Shown here in pieces: positions 1 to 12,600 of a stretch of DNA of 64,000 nucleotides. A program made the translations under genes and the position numbers. This DNA comes from Mytilus trossulus. Taxonomy: Eukaryota. Under the pieces are notes generated by a model. That model searched no databases, was not told the origin of the DNA, and saw nothing but the letters and a program-made list of their open reading frames with translations. Within the stretch, counting starts at the first letter, position 1, and each line of letters begins with the position of its first letter. The stretch lies in the NCBI RefSeq assembly GCF_036588685.1, contig NC_086384.1:42036001-42100000 (forward strand). Direction: 5' to 3'.

Positions 1-28
1 ATGATCATCATAAATTCCGGGATTGAAA

Positions 29-170
29 NNNNNNNNNNNNNNNNNNNNNNNNNNNNNNNNNNNNNNNNNNNNNNNNNNNNNNNNNNNNNNNNNNNNNNNN
101 NNNNNNNNNNNNNNNNNNNNNNNNNNNNNNNNNNNNNNNNNNNNNNNNNNNNNNNNNNNNNNNNNNNNNN
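29..170. other. assembly gap (N run)
   Basis: Run of N. Confidence 1.
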
Positions 171-174
171 TTAC

Positions 175-286
175 TTGTAATAAGCAGCTGCTTCGGTAAC
201 ACTAGCACTGTATTTTCCTTTATATGTTTTTGCGAAATCATAAATTTGTTTTGCATGTGTTAAGAGTTTTGCAGAAAAGGCAGGAT
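175..286 (-). CDS. GH9 cellulase, coding exon 6 (gene continues past the gap/window edge)
   Basis: DPAFSAKLLTHAKQIYDFAKTYKGKYSASVTEAAAYY; AG acceptor at 287-288, GTAA donor just before the N gap; 112 nt. Confidence 0.9.
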
Positions 287-980
287 CTATAAAAATAAGG
301 GGAAAACAGTTTCTAAATATTGAGTGCAGAGCAGAAAAAAAATCATTTTCTTCTATTCCAAAACTATTGAATTTTTCAATACTTGTATAAAATGATGCAT
401 TTTTTTTATTTGATTGTACAGTTGTAAAAGAAATGAAATACAAATTATTCATTCTTGATCAAAATATGTCCATTCCTTCTGGGGTGCTGAGGAATTAGGT
501 TATTTGATAAATTGAGGTTTACGTTTATTTTATATCTTTTTTTCAAAACATTAGTAAAATGTGGTTTGATACTGGAGTTTAACTCTATATCTTATTTCTA
601 TTCTCTCCTATAAACAGATCTCTCAACACTTATCAATGCTGAAGTGACATTTTGTGTCGAAATACACGTCTGGTACAGAAAAAAAAATTGTAACTGTTGA
701 TTTTATTTAACAGTCGACGTCGTAAAACAATCACATTTTCTTTGTGGCATCGTCTTTTTTCATTTGTAACGTCAATATTTTATGGGAATCTGTGAGATGT
801 TCACTACTCTCAGAAAATGAGCGATGTGTGTATTCAATCTTCTTTAGACTAGAATTTTTCGTTGAAACCTCTCCTGAACATGATTGATCTTTTTAATATA
901 CATGTATACATTTTCAAACACCATAAACAGACTAGTATTGTTTCGTGCAGAAAACTAATATGAGGCAGGCATAACCTGTA

Positions 981-1443
981 AATGGGGACGAAGTCTGTAT
1001 GCATTATTTTTTGTAACTTTAATATTTGTTAAAAAAATAAAACGGAAATACCGTAACGTTTCCGATTTTGATTCTGTTGTTAGGGATTTTAGTTTTGACG
1101 TTATTTAAATTATGACGTCATATGCAATGTAAACAAAGAAACGCTTTCATCAGGTAACGTTTTTTCATATCAAAGAATTATTTAAAAAAATTAAAATTGG
1201 TATTGCGTTCCCTCCTTTTTATACTAGACTGATAAATATATATTTTACTCAAAGATTCAAAACGAGACCGGAAAAAGGAAGTATATTGTAGATTTCTGCG
1301 CCGGTCCGGGATTTCAAAACATGACATAAAAAAAAGTTAACGATTTTGAGTTCATTAGTACAATGAAAAATTCTGGAAATTTTCCCGATTTTTTTTTTTT
1401 TTTTTGATTTTTCTACCGTAATTGGGGACTCCGTCCCCATATT
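981..1443. mobile_element. MITE-like element in GH9 intron 5
   Basis: Imperfect terminal inverted repeats aatggggacgaagtc ... gactccgtccccatatt; non-coding interior; no clear TSD. Confidence 0.55.
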
Positions 1444-1467
1444 ACTGTTAATAATCCTTTGGTATTA

Positions 1468-1722
<255 letters not shown>

Positions 1723-2311
1723 CTAGCTAAAATGGTCTGTTATACAAGTGAGAGGTTAAGCTGGCTAAAAACCCAGATTTAACCAGTCAGGAATATGCCA
1801 GTTGCTTTCCAATCCTTTGATCTGTTTGAGCTTTTGATTTTGCAATTTGTTAAAGGACTTTCCGGTTTGAATTCCCTTACAATACGGTATTTTTGTTATT
1901 TTCATATTTTGACTATATTAATCATATGGATTTCCAAAAAAATCAAAGTAAATTGTTGAAAAGTATGCAAAATGATTTGAAATATTGTTTGATTGGTTAT
2001 ATAATTTCAACAATGGTACACGAACATGTGTTCATAAGCGTCTACAGCGTTTAAAATCAGAACCACACCTTTTATTACAAACTTACAGCATTGTTCAACT
2101 TATCTCAAATGCATGAAGGTATAATTTGAACTATATGATATTAGAATACATTTTTCTTCAGAATTTCGCTAGCTTATCTATCTATCTGTTTCACAATTTT
2201 AAAGGCATACAATTAATATTTAAAATATTGATAGAAGGATTGTTTTTCATTTTTTTTTGCTAGCTTATTCTAGCTATCTTTTTCACAATTTACAATTTGC
2301 AACTTACATAC

Positions 2312-2496
2312 CTGAACATAAAGTTCGTTCTTTCCTGTATGACATTTTATCAACCATTCTAGAGGCCATCTTATACAGTCGTACATAGCATCAAGCTGTC
2401 CACTGGCTTGGTAAGCATCTTTGTATTGCAGAAGACTCCATGAAAGCAAGGTGGTTGATGCCGCCATCGGGAATCCAAACTTAACATTATCTCCGG
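2312..2496 (-). CDS. GH9 cellulase, coding exon 4
   Basis: AGDNVKFGFPMAASTTLLSWSLLQYKDAYQASGQLDAMYDCIRWPLEWLIKCHTGKNELYVQ; completes the catalytic DAGD motif; AG/GT bounded; 185 nt, phase 1 to 0. Confidence 0.95.
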
Positions 2497-3035
2497 CTAA
2501 ATCAAGAATGAAAAGATTTCAGTGCGCATATGACAAGATCGTTTAATTCTAAAACCACTGGGTCGACCTTTCCACCTCAGGAATAGATTACCTTAGCTGT
2601 ATTTTGGCACAACTTTTAAGAATGGTTGGTCCTCATTGATTTTCAACTTTGTACTTCATAGGGATTTTTAACTTTTTTTGATTCGAGCTTCACTGATGAT
2701 TTTTTTTGTAGACGAAACAGAAGGTGCCGCAGACCAAGATCCTTACAAAAACTGCTCAACAGAATTATAAGGAAGAATGACTTGAAATTAAAAAAAAAGA
2801 TATCAGAGAAAAGTCCATATTGACAGATGAGATGGATTGCTAAATCATAAAAAAAAAAGAAAATGCACAACATCGACAAATCAATAGATCGGAAAAATTC
2901 ACTGAATGTACCAGACTTATGATTTGTAACGTCAGATTGACGTTTCCTCTTTATAAGAATCACCAGTGGTGGTCGAATGAAATGCCTCGAAGGGTAAGCA
3001 AATACAATTTGAATCATTAAAAGAAGCAATACCTA

Positions 3036-3338
<303 letters not shown>

Positions 3339-4595
3339 TTAATTTTGATTGTTTGTTATAAACGCAATGAATAATAACCAAAGTTATCAGGATTAAAATT
3401 TAGTAAGCCGACGTGCGTTTCGTCTACATAAGACTCATTAGTGACGCTCATATCAAAATAGTGATAAAGCTAAACAAGTAAACAGTTGATATTTTAATGA
3501 TTTACTGTTTTGAAAACTATTTATTACTTCTACCATCTATTAGCTGATAAATGAAATGATGTGTTACAACCATGGAAACACAATTAACAACAACTTGTCA
3601 TGACTTCTTTGCCGTTTTTAGCTTCCCAAAAACTGTGACATTTTCCTTTCTTTTTTAATACATGGCATTTTGTATGTTAAATATGTGGGTCAGTTGTTCT
3701 CATATGTTCCTCGGTCAAAATTAAATTATGAGGTCGAATTTGTCGACGGTTATGTTATTGGAATGTCATCTATCGAAAAAAACGATAATGTATAATTGCG
3801 ATCAACAGTATTGAGGCAATCATTGATATTAGAAATGTTTCATGTATGTAAGATAATCTGTATTTATTTAGGTGTCAATGACATATTTATCTTTATATCA
3901 ATCTAGAATTTTAAAGTATTTGGTCTTAAATATATTTAAATCAAATTTTTTCTCTTGATACGTTAACTTTTTTTATTATAAAATATCAAAACTTAGTTAA
4001 TGATGGAGGTAAACCAAAAATCGAAATTTCATTCATAATCTCTGTTTTGTAATGTAGCAAGAGAAAGTGTATGGTAATATAAACACAATTTTCTTTCTAG
4101 AACTATCGTCTTTATAAATTGTATTAAAAACTTTTATCATTTATTTGTATTTGGCAAAACTTTTAGGAATTTTCTGTCCTCAATGTTCTACAACGTTGTA
4201 CTTTATTTAGCCTTTTAATCATTTTTTATTCGAGCGTCACTAACGAGTCTTTTGTAGACGAACCGCGCGTGTCTGTTTAAACTCCGATTTACCCCAATAA
4301 AAACACTCTTTTTTGCATAATATTGAAAAAGGACTATAAACATATGGTATAATAAAAGTAGAATATATCTTTTCAACGGTATTGTATGTTAAAAGTGAAA
4401 CCACAAAAATACTAAACTCAAAAGAAAATTCAATCGGAATTCCCTGATCAAATGTCAAAATCAAATGACAAAACACATCAAAGGAATTGACATCAACTGT
4501 CATATTCCTGACTTGGTACAGGCATTTTCAAATGTAGAAAATGGAAGATTGAACCAAGTTTATAGCGCTGAACCTCTCACTTGTATGTGACTTAC

Positions 4596-4800
4596 TGTTG
4601 ATTATTGGTGGTACTGTAAACCCATCGATTCCCATATTCTTCAAAATGGCCGTTGCTGTAGGTGCACTACCACCTGCAGCAGTTCCTCGTACTGTTATAT
4701 CAAAAGTAGTTCCGGCATGTTGAATTCCGTCGTACTCTAGGTTTACAATATAATGGACTTTGTTGTCGGCGGAATGACGAATCTCTGTCCCCATCCATTG
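4596..4800 (-). CDS. GH9 cellulase, coding exon 2 (rest of CBM2-like module/linker)
   Basis: ttccttttAG acceptor; QWMGTEIRHSADNKVHYIVNLEYDGIQHAGTTFDITVRGTAAGGSAPTATAILKNMGIDGFTVPPIIN; GTAAG donor; 205 nt, phase 0 to 1, in frame with exons 1 and 3. Confidence 0.85.
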
Positions 4801-7276
4801 CTAAAAGGAAAATCAATCTGCAGATAAATGCTTAGAAATATGAGGAAAAAAAAATACAAACGAAGAAAATATCAACTCAAATTTATTATCATCATGATCA
4901 TTATCACCAAACAGAAGGAAAAACGTGTAATCAAGGCCAATTAAATATACCATAGACTTTTAAAGTATGAGTATAATATGAAACATTCAGCTAAAATGTT
5001 TTCACAATCATATAGTTTGAAAAGAGGAAACTTATATTTTTCATCAGACCATTGGTCCAAATGCGAATACTAATATAAACCTATAACTAAATAACCAATT
5101 GATACAGATTTGATATATCCCATATTTGATATCATCACGACTTGCTGCCGAGTTTTTTTCTTGCTTTGTCGCGCCAAAAGCATCTTGACGTTTCTTATAT
5201 GTGACGTTGCAAAACTTGTGTCTCTCTGTAGAACTGCGCTTTCCCGCCGTTCATAGTTTTTCCCGCGTCAATGTAGCCGTAATTATGTATAAGTAATTTT
5301 ACGGAAGTTATTGCTCTAAGATTGTCATAAACGATGCTTTTAATACAATATTATTTAAAAATACAACTTTTAACCTTTGAATATATATTTTTTTTTATCT
5401 TTCTTGTCTTAAAATGAAGTGAAAACAATATACCTATTGCTATACTAGCTTTGAAGGCGACTATGTTTTATCTTTGTCAAGTGAAATGTATAAATGATTC
5501 TTGACCACCTATAAAATACTAAAATATTTATTCTCGTTTTTTAATTAGGTAATTAGTAAATACTGTGAAAAAATTTCTCAAATCATTATACAAACGGCAA
5601 AACAACGGCACCCAATGAAAATAAAAATAAAAACAAAGCGTGTAAAAATTGATAAAAACAAATAAATATCCGAACAGCTGTTCTATGATTCTATGAACCA
5701 CTTCTTGTTGTAAAGTATCAAACGTGTCAGATTAAAATATAATGATTTCAATCCTTGTTTCGGTAGGCGAGGAAATATTTTTTAAACAAAAATTATTATC
5801 CATATTCATTTTGCTTATTTTTTAATCATTATTTTGTTAACCACTTATTGTTCAAAATTTTAGAGAATACGAATAAAAAAACATAGTAAAAACGAGGGAA
5901 GAAATCAGTTTCTAAAACTAATTTCTATTGTCTACAAGTGAACCTGAATCAATAATAATTCATTTTCATTTACTATGATAAAGTACACACTGTAATTGAC
6001 ATACACGAATTATCCGCTTTAAAATCTGTTAATTGATAAATTGTTCTCTTCTCAACGGTCAGTGGCAAATATTTCATGCAATATTGAGGACGTATGAAAT
6101 TCAATAAACAATAAATCTACTGTCCTACAAAGTAAAAGACCTGTCATGAATGCCAGAAAAAACAGTTTGCCACTAGGAAAGGATATCTATGATATATATG
6201 ATATGAATAGAAATCATTAAAATTTGTGTCTACTATATACACATGTATATTAACATCCCCATTTCGAATGAAAATAAATGTTTTTAAGTCAGTGCTTCCA
6301 TGATGACACAGTTCTCAAATATATTGAAATATCGTATGGCAATACAAGTACATCGGTTAACATGTGTGTACTTTTACAAAATAAAATACTGAGATTTCAA
6401 TGGTGGTATTTGAGACCTAAATAAATTATCCAGTTCTTTTGAATAAAGCGTGTATGGTGCAATGTGAATGAATATTATTATTTCGCGTAATCAAGTATAA
6501 CAGTAACCGTTTTTATTATCATTTACTAGGAATACGATTATTGATTTATATGAGATATTCTGATTGATAGATGTTCGAAAAAAACGTTAAACAAATTTCT
6601 CGATCGAATGCAATATTTTACATGAAAATGACGAACTAGGTAATTAGTAAACACGATAAATAAGTTGGTATTATAGTATTAAAAAGCTTATGATCCTGTT
6701 TCATTTCTTTTCATCATTTTAAGTATAATTTTAAAGCATTTTATTCAGTTTGCTTCATTCCCGCCAAAATCGCACTTTTGACGGCGTCTTTTGACGTTGT
6801 CGGTGCCCCTGAGTATTGTGACGTTCTACACAATCAACAAGATTTGTGTGTAGAAACCATAAATGTCCCTTTGGCAGCAAGAGGGTTAAGCAATTTAAAA
6901 CGACGCCGACTAGGGAAATATTTCCAATAATTACACCTTATGTATGAATGTCAGCTTTTGATTGGCTGATAGCCAGTGTATTTTTTGCATATTCTAACAT
7001 TTCTTTTTCATTTCAAACGAATCTGACTGTTTTTCACCACTGCCGGTGAATATGCCTCAAATACCATGGTATTTGCCATTTTGGATATTCCTTTTTTACC
7101 CTCGCGAGCATTTTCCCGCCAATTTTTTCGGATATGACGTTACACTAAGACAGCGCGAACACGTATAAGTACATGTATAGTTCCCGCGGTATATTTTATG
7201 ATAGTACTTGTCCTCAAATAAAAATTTCCTTTTCCTAGTACAGCGAGTTTAAATTAAAATTCATTCGGTGTAATTA

Positions 7277-7419
7277 AACAGATATATCATGTTACGGAGG
7301 GGTATTTGCAAAAAGGACAAGTCTTGGGACAAAATTTCCCTTGCCTAGAGGCTCGGGAAATTTAAGTCCCTCGACTTGTATTTTTCGCAAATACCCCTCC
7401 GTAACATGATATATCTGTT
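7277..7419. repeat. ~143-bp inverted repeat (hairpin) in GH9 intron 1, probably part of a non-autonomous DNA element
   Basis: aacagatatatcatgttacggaggggtatttgc pairs perfectly with gcaaatacccctccgtaacatgatatatctgtt; imperfect pairing continues inward. Confidence 0.85.
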
Positions 7420-7682
7420 CAATATAATCCTATAGCGACTATCGTCACAGGAGAGACATATAATGATACTTATGCACAGCCTAGTATTATCTTTTGCAAG
7501 GACAAGTCTTAGTTTTTTTTAATATATTATGTGATTCTAAATTTTTGCTTTAAATATCCTTCATAATGGATGTGAAAAAATATTTTGTTTTCGTTAAATT
7601 TCAGGGGGAAATGCTTACTCAACATAAAAAGATGAATGGTCTTTACCTAACCGAAAGATTTAGAATTAAACAAGATACTTAC

Positions 7683-7874
7683 AGATAGACCAGTGACTGG
7701 AGCAGAAAATGTTACAACGACTTCCCATCCAACGACTTCTTCCGTGAGGGCAAATGTTAAGTGACCTTCGAATTTTCCATTACCTTGGTCTCGAATTTGG
7801 GTCATAGGTACTGATATATCAGCAGCAATGGCAGCAGACGGCAAAATTATCAGCAAAGCAAGTAGCTCCAGCAT
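7683..7874 (-). CDS. GH9 endo-beta-1,4-glucanase, coding exon 1 (signal peptide + start of CBM2-like module)
   Basis: ATG at 7874; MLELLALLIILPSAAIAA signal peptide, then DISVPMTQIRDQGNGKFEGHLTFALTEEVVGWEVVVTFSAPVTGLS; GTAAGT donor; 192 nt, phase 0. Confidence 0.85.
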
Positions 7875-8597
7875 AGTGATATGTATTATGTCACAACGGC
7901 GAGCTTGAAAAGGTATGGTAAAGGTTGAGATATTAAAAATGTCAATATGGTAAATATTGTTGTTTAAATTAGAGATTTGTTTTGCAACTGTTATTATAGA
8001 GAAGTTCATTATGGCTATGGTTTGTTAAAGCTCACATATTTGGAACTTGTATTGTAAAAACTCGTACTAATATAAAATAGGTGTTTGTTGCCAGATATGG
8101 TCTATTGTTTTGTTCAAATGATTTTATAACTCCTGTTTTATCGTTTTTAACATGCATTTAAACATATTGTTTTCTGTAGTTTTTTTCTCCTTCTTCATGT
8201 TTCAAACGTCAACGAAATACACAAGTTAAAAACAAAACTAAATGAAAGAAATCCGAGTTTATTGGAAATACAAGTAAACATTTTACTTATTTTACAAAAC
8301 TTAAAACAGTATAGAATAACATAATTTTGAAAAATTATGCTTGTAAATATACATTTATTTACGTTTTCAAGTAATATTATTGAATAAAAATAAATGAAAA
8401 ATTATAATGGAATATGAATACCGACGAATATTAATGAATAGATAATTTAACATATGCTCTTACCTGACTTCACGTCTGAAAAATTCTGTTATCTATAACG
8501 TGTATCACTAGAGAGTCCTCAAAGACACAATAAATGACATTGTCCCAGAAACTTGGCGGGTCACGTTTAACATATATTATGAACCTAGGAATGTACA

Positions 8598-9023
8598 CAT
8601 CTTTTACATAAGCTTTGGATTTCAAATATTTTGGCCACGAGCATCACTGAAGAGACATGTATTGTCGAAATGCGCATCTGGTGCAAGAAAATTGGTACCG
8701 TTAATTTCATTACTACCACTGGGTCGATGCCTCTGCTGGTGGACTATTAATCCCCGAGGGTATCACCAGCCCAGTAGCCAGTACTTCGGTACTGGCATGA
8801 AAATACGGATTTTTTGGTGTTATTTAAATTTGCTGTTACAAAATATTAGAAATTATTATAAATTAAGGAATGTATCTCCCTCATGTAAAGCTCTGATTCC
8901 TTTCATGGATTTGGCTATACTTTTGGACCTTTTGGATTATAGCTCTTCATATTTTATATAAGCTTTGGATTTCAAATACTTTGGCCACGAGCATCACTGA
9001 AAAATTGATACCGTTAATTTTAT
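8598..9023 (+). mobile_element. Retrozyme-like element, family A: 350-nt monomer plus terminal direct repeat
   Basis: cat-tttta-ataagctttggatttcaaata-tttggccacgagcatcactgaa occurs at 8598 and 8948 (period 350). The first copy holds an intact hammerhead; in the second the core is deleted. Confidence 0.85.
8641..8684 (+). ncRNA. Type I hammerhead ribozyme (intact core)
   Basis: GCAUCA-CUGAAGA-GACA(UGUAU)UGUC-GAAA-U(GCGC)AUC/UGGUGC: 6-bp stem I, conserved CUGANGA and GAAA, 4-bp stem II, minimal stem III with palindromic UGCGCA; predicted cleavage after AUC (8678). Confidence 0.9.
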
Positions 9024-9197
9024 TTCGAAATTGTTGATTGACTTTTAGGAAATTATGCCACTCGTACATATTCTAGTTTAGTCAACAGAAGCACATACGT
9101 GTATATTTATAGGCTCTGGTTGAATGTAAGTTGATGGTGCTAACTACTTAATAGCCAGTGCTTTTGTACCAAGACATAAGAAACTGTGGTATGGGTG

Positions 9198-9373
9198 TGT
9201 AGATTATTGCGTTGTGTATTTGATCGTAAGTTATCTAAGGCGTTAAAGATATAACTATGTCTGCCATTATACGTTTCTATTCAATACAACATAAAGTATA
9301 ACAATTACGCGACGTCACAAAGATAGCGGCCGTACCGCAAAAAGGTACGTTAATATTAGCGCAATTCTTAACA
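9198..9373 (-). repeat. 3' LTR of BEL/Pao element
   Basis: 176 bp; 4 substitutions versus the other LTR by eye; preceded on the - strand by gcggccccagaa (putative PPT position). Confidence 0.95.
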
Positions 9374-9627
9374 TTCTGGGGCCGCAGAAAATGATATTTG
9401 ACTCAAATTTGAAATACAATATGAAAAATTCGTAAATTGTGACATAAAATGAAATAAAATCATAGTTAAAGTCTTTCAATAGGTTTTTAACTGTTCACGT
9501 CTGAATAATTTATCACTTTTACAAATCTATATAATAACCGGAGTTAATTGAACAGTCTATACATTCACTAATTTCTCCAGGGCAGAAAAGTTCTCCAGGG
9601 CAGAAAAGTACTCCAGGGCAGAAAAGT

Positions 9628-12600
9628 TCATTCACTGTCATGTGTACTGCGTATTTCCAACGGATAGAGCTTCACAATCGGACAGTTGGTGATTCCTGTG
9701 TCGGTCTTGATAACAGCTGATCGAATGAGTCCATCCTTTCCACGAACTAAATCTTGTACAACTGCTAATTTCCACATTATACGATTTGTGCCATTGTGTA
9801 CTTGTACAATGTCACCTATTTGTATTGTTTGTTCGTTTCTTCCAGATGTACGGTGGAATTCACGGAGTGACGTCAGATATTCGTGTTTCCATCTTGAGCG
9901 AAAATGGTTAATTAGTTCATTATTTCTCTGTAGATTTTTATTCAGTTTCACGTGCAAATCTTTGGAAGTAACACTGTCAATATTCTGATCCGATCGGTTG
10001 TCAAGTCGACGACCATATAAAAGGTGCGCTGGCGTCAGCGGTTCGGGATCTTTGATATCAGTAGAAATGTGAGTTATAGGACGATTGTTTAGAGTTCCCT
10101 CGATTTCGATTACAATTGTATTCAACATTTCCGTAGTTACACATGACTTTCCCAGTATTGCTTTAATTGACTTTTTCGTGAGTCCAATTAGGCGTTCCCA
10201 AAAGCCTCCAAAACCACGGTGCATGGTTTGGTATGAATTTCCACTCAGTTCCTTGATCGGCGAGTTTTTCTTGTATTCGGTTGTCTTTGCTTGATCTTGT
10301 AATCTTTCCGGCGGCTGCCTTGAATGTTGCTGCATTATCGGACAACATAATCCTTAGTGTAGATCTCCTAGCGACAAATCTTTTAAAAGCAAGCATGAAA
10401 GACTCCTCGGTTAAATCTGTGACTATCTCCAAGTGTACAGCTCGTGTATCGGCGCAAGTGAATAAACAAATATATGCTTTGCTTAATTTATTTGTGTTTT
10501 CCTTGTGTATACAAAGTTCCTGTGAAATCAACGCCGGTTACTGAAAAAGGATAATCGTAGTTGACTCGATCTTTAGGTAGCGGTGGCGGATCTGGTGCGC
10601 TGTAAGGCATTCCTAATATTTTAATGCATTGAACGCATTTACGAATTTGTGATTTTACGCACTGTCTTATTCTCGGTATTCAATATTTCTGTTGAATATA
10701 TGCGATTGTACTGTTAAGTCCGGCATGTAAAGTCTTTGTGTGTGCATCCATTACGATTAAGGACGTAAGACTGTGGTGTGTTGGCAATAACAACGGATAC
10801 TTAGTACTCTCCTTCACAGGTGCGTTTTGTATTCTCCCGGTACAACGTAGTAATCCATCTTTGCCTGTATATAGTTTAAGTTGTCCAACAAGTGGCACTT
10901 TTTTCTGTAAAGATGAATTCAAGCTTTCAATTTCATCCGTAAATGTTTCCTGTTGTACTGTAACTATTAGAACTTTAAATGCTTTACATCGCTCCTCAAC
11001 ACTGATAAATCCGATTGACCGTAAATTCTGTATAAAGCGCAAGACGTATGCTGTTACTCTAATTGCTTTTTTCTAAAGATCTGTATCGTTGTATATCTAT
11101 ACATGAACTTGTCTGTGTTGAAGTATTTATAATTTCATCGTCTGTATTGTCATCACTAACAGCTAACATCGTGCTGCAGTCTTCTATTGTCCTCGTCCAT
11201 CTCGGCCAATTTTCACGATTTAAAATCCATTGTGGACTGTTCCTCCATAGGCTGTTGTTATAAAGGTGTTTAGCGTTAATTCCGCGAGTTAAGTAATCAG
11301 CTGGATTGTCATCTGTTGGACAATAATTCCATTCAGCATTCTGTGTTAATTTTCTTATTTCTTTAAGTCGATTTGCTACGAACGGTTTTGAGTTTTTTGA
11401 CGATTTAATCCAACTCAAAACAATTTGACTATCGCTCCACATATACACATGTTCTGTTGTTATGACTTTGAGAAGATGCGTTGCTAATCTGGCGCCGATA
11501 AGCGCGCCCATAAGTTCTAAACGTGGTAATAAATTGGTTTAACGGGTACTACTCTGTTTTTAGCCATGACGAGGATAGATGAATTTGCTGTAACTAAGTA
11601 AGCAAAGCTCCGTATGCTAACTGACTGGCGTCTATGAAAATATGTAGTGACGTTTTCTCGTTTATAACTCCTTCCGTTAACATTCGTGGAAATACTATTT
11701 TGGTAGCCTCCTCGATATCTAAAGCTATTACCTGCCATTTACTTCTCAGTTTGTAGGACAAAAATTCATCCCAATCCAACTTTGCCTTCCATAAAGTCTG
11801 CATAAACAGCTTAGCTTTCACCGTAATTGGCGTGATTAATCAAAGGGGGTCGAAAATTCTAGAAAATTTGCTCAAAACCTCACGCTTTGTTATCATTTTG
11901 TCCTTTTCCATTAATTCAATCTGTTGAAATTTCAAATCGTCGGATTCCCTATCCCATCTCATGCCTAAAATTTTGACTATGTTGTCATTGTCGCCGATCA
12001 TGTCTAGTCCTGCGACGTTCTGTAATTCCGTACTATTAGAATTCCAAGACCGTAAGTTGAATCCTGCCTCTGACAATAATTTTCTTGACTCCGTGTAGAA
12101 TTTCAAAAGTGATTGTTTATCTGTAAAACTGGTCAGAACGTTATCCACGTATATATTTCTCTGTAATTCTGTTGATGTAGTTGACGGATTATCTCTAAAA
12201 TGTTTCATTAGCGTGGCGCGGAATTTACTCTAAACACTAGCTAGGTCTGGATCATTTCGTTCTTTATCGTCAATTCCCAACGATTCAAGCTTCCAAAATT
12301 TTTCAAGATCGCACTCTTCTTGTTTGTGACATACAAGTATATTCATCATTGAGAAAGATGCATTGCTGGTTCGTGTAGGGACATGACCGGAAAGTAAATA
12401 TCCAATTTTCGAGCTTACTGCGGTTGGGCCGTTTCCACGTACTATTTTGTCTTGAACTATGTCCCAGTAGAAATCACCTCCAATTAATAAGGATATTTCA
12501 AATTGCTCTCCTTCCTTGACTGGGTGTGCTAATTGTAGACCACGTAAATATGAAAACTTCTGAGTTATTCCTATGTTGTGAGTTTGAAGTGGTGAAGCAA

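Noticed and set aside
1-28. Possible further GH9 exon beyond the gap
   Set aside because: Resembles the retrozyme-repeat end (ttt.atcc.gg.at.tatgatga) rather than GH9 coding sequence.
8662-8961. 99-aa ORF
   Set aside because: Non-ATG start inside the hammerhead of a non-coding retrozyme unit; no homology evident.
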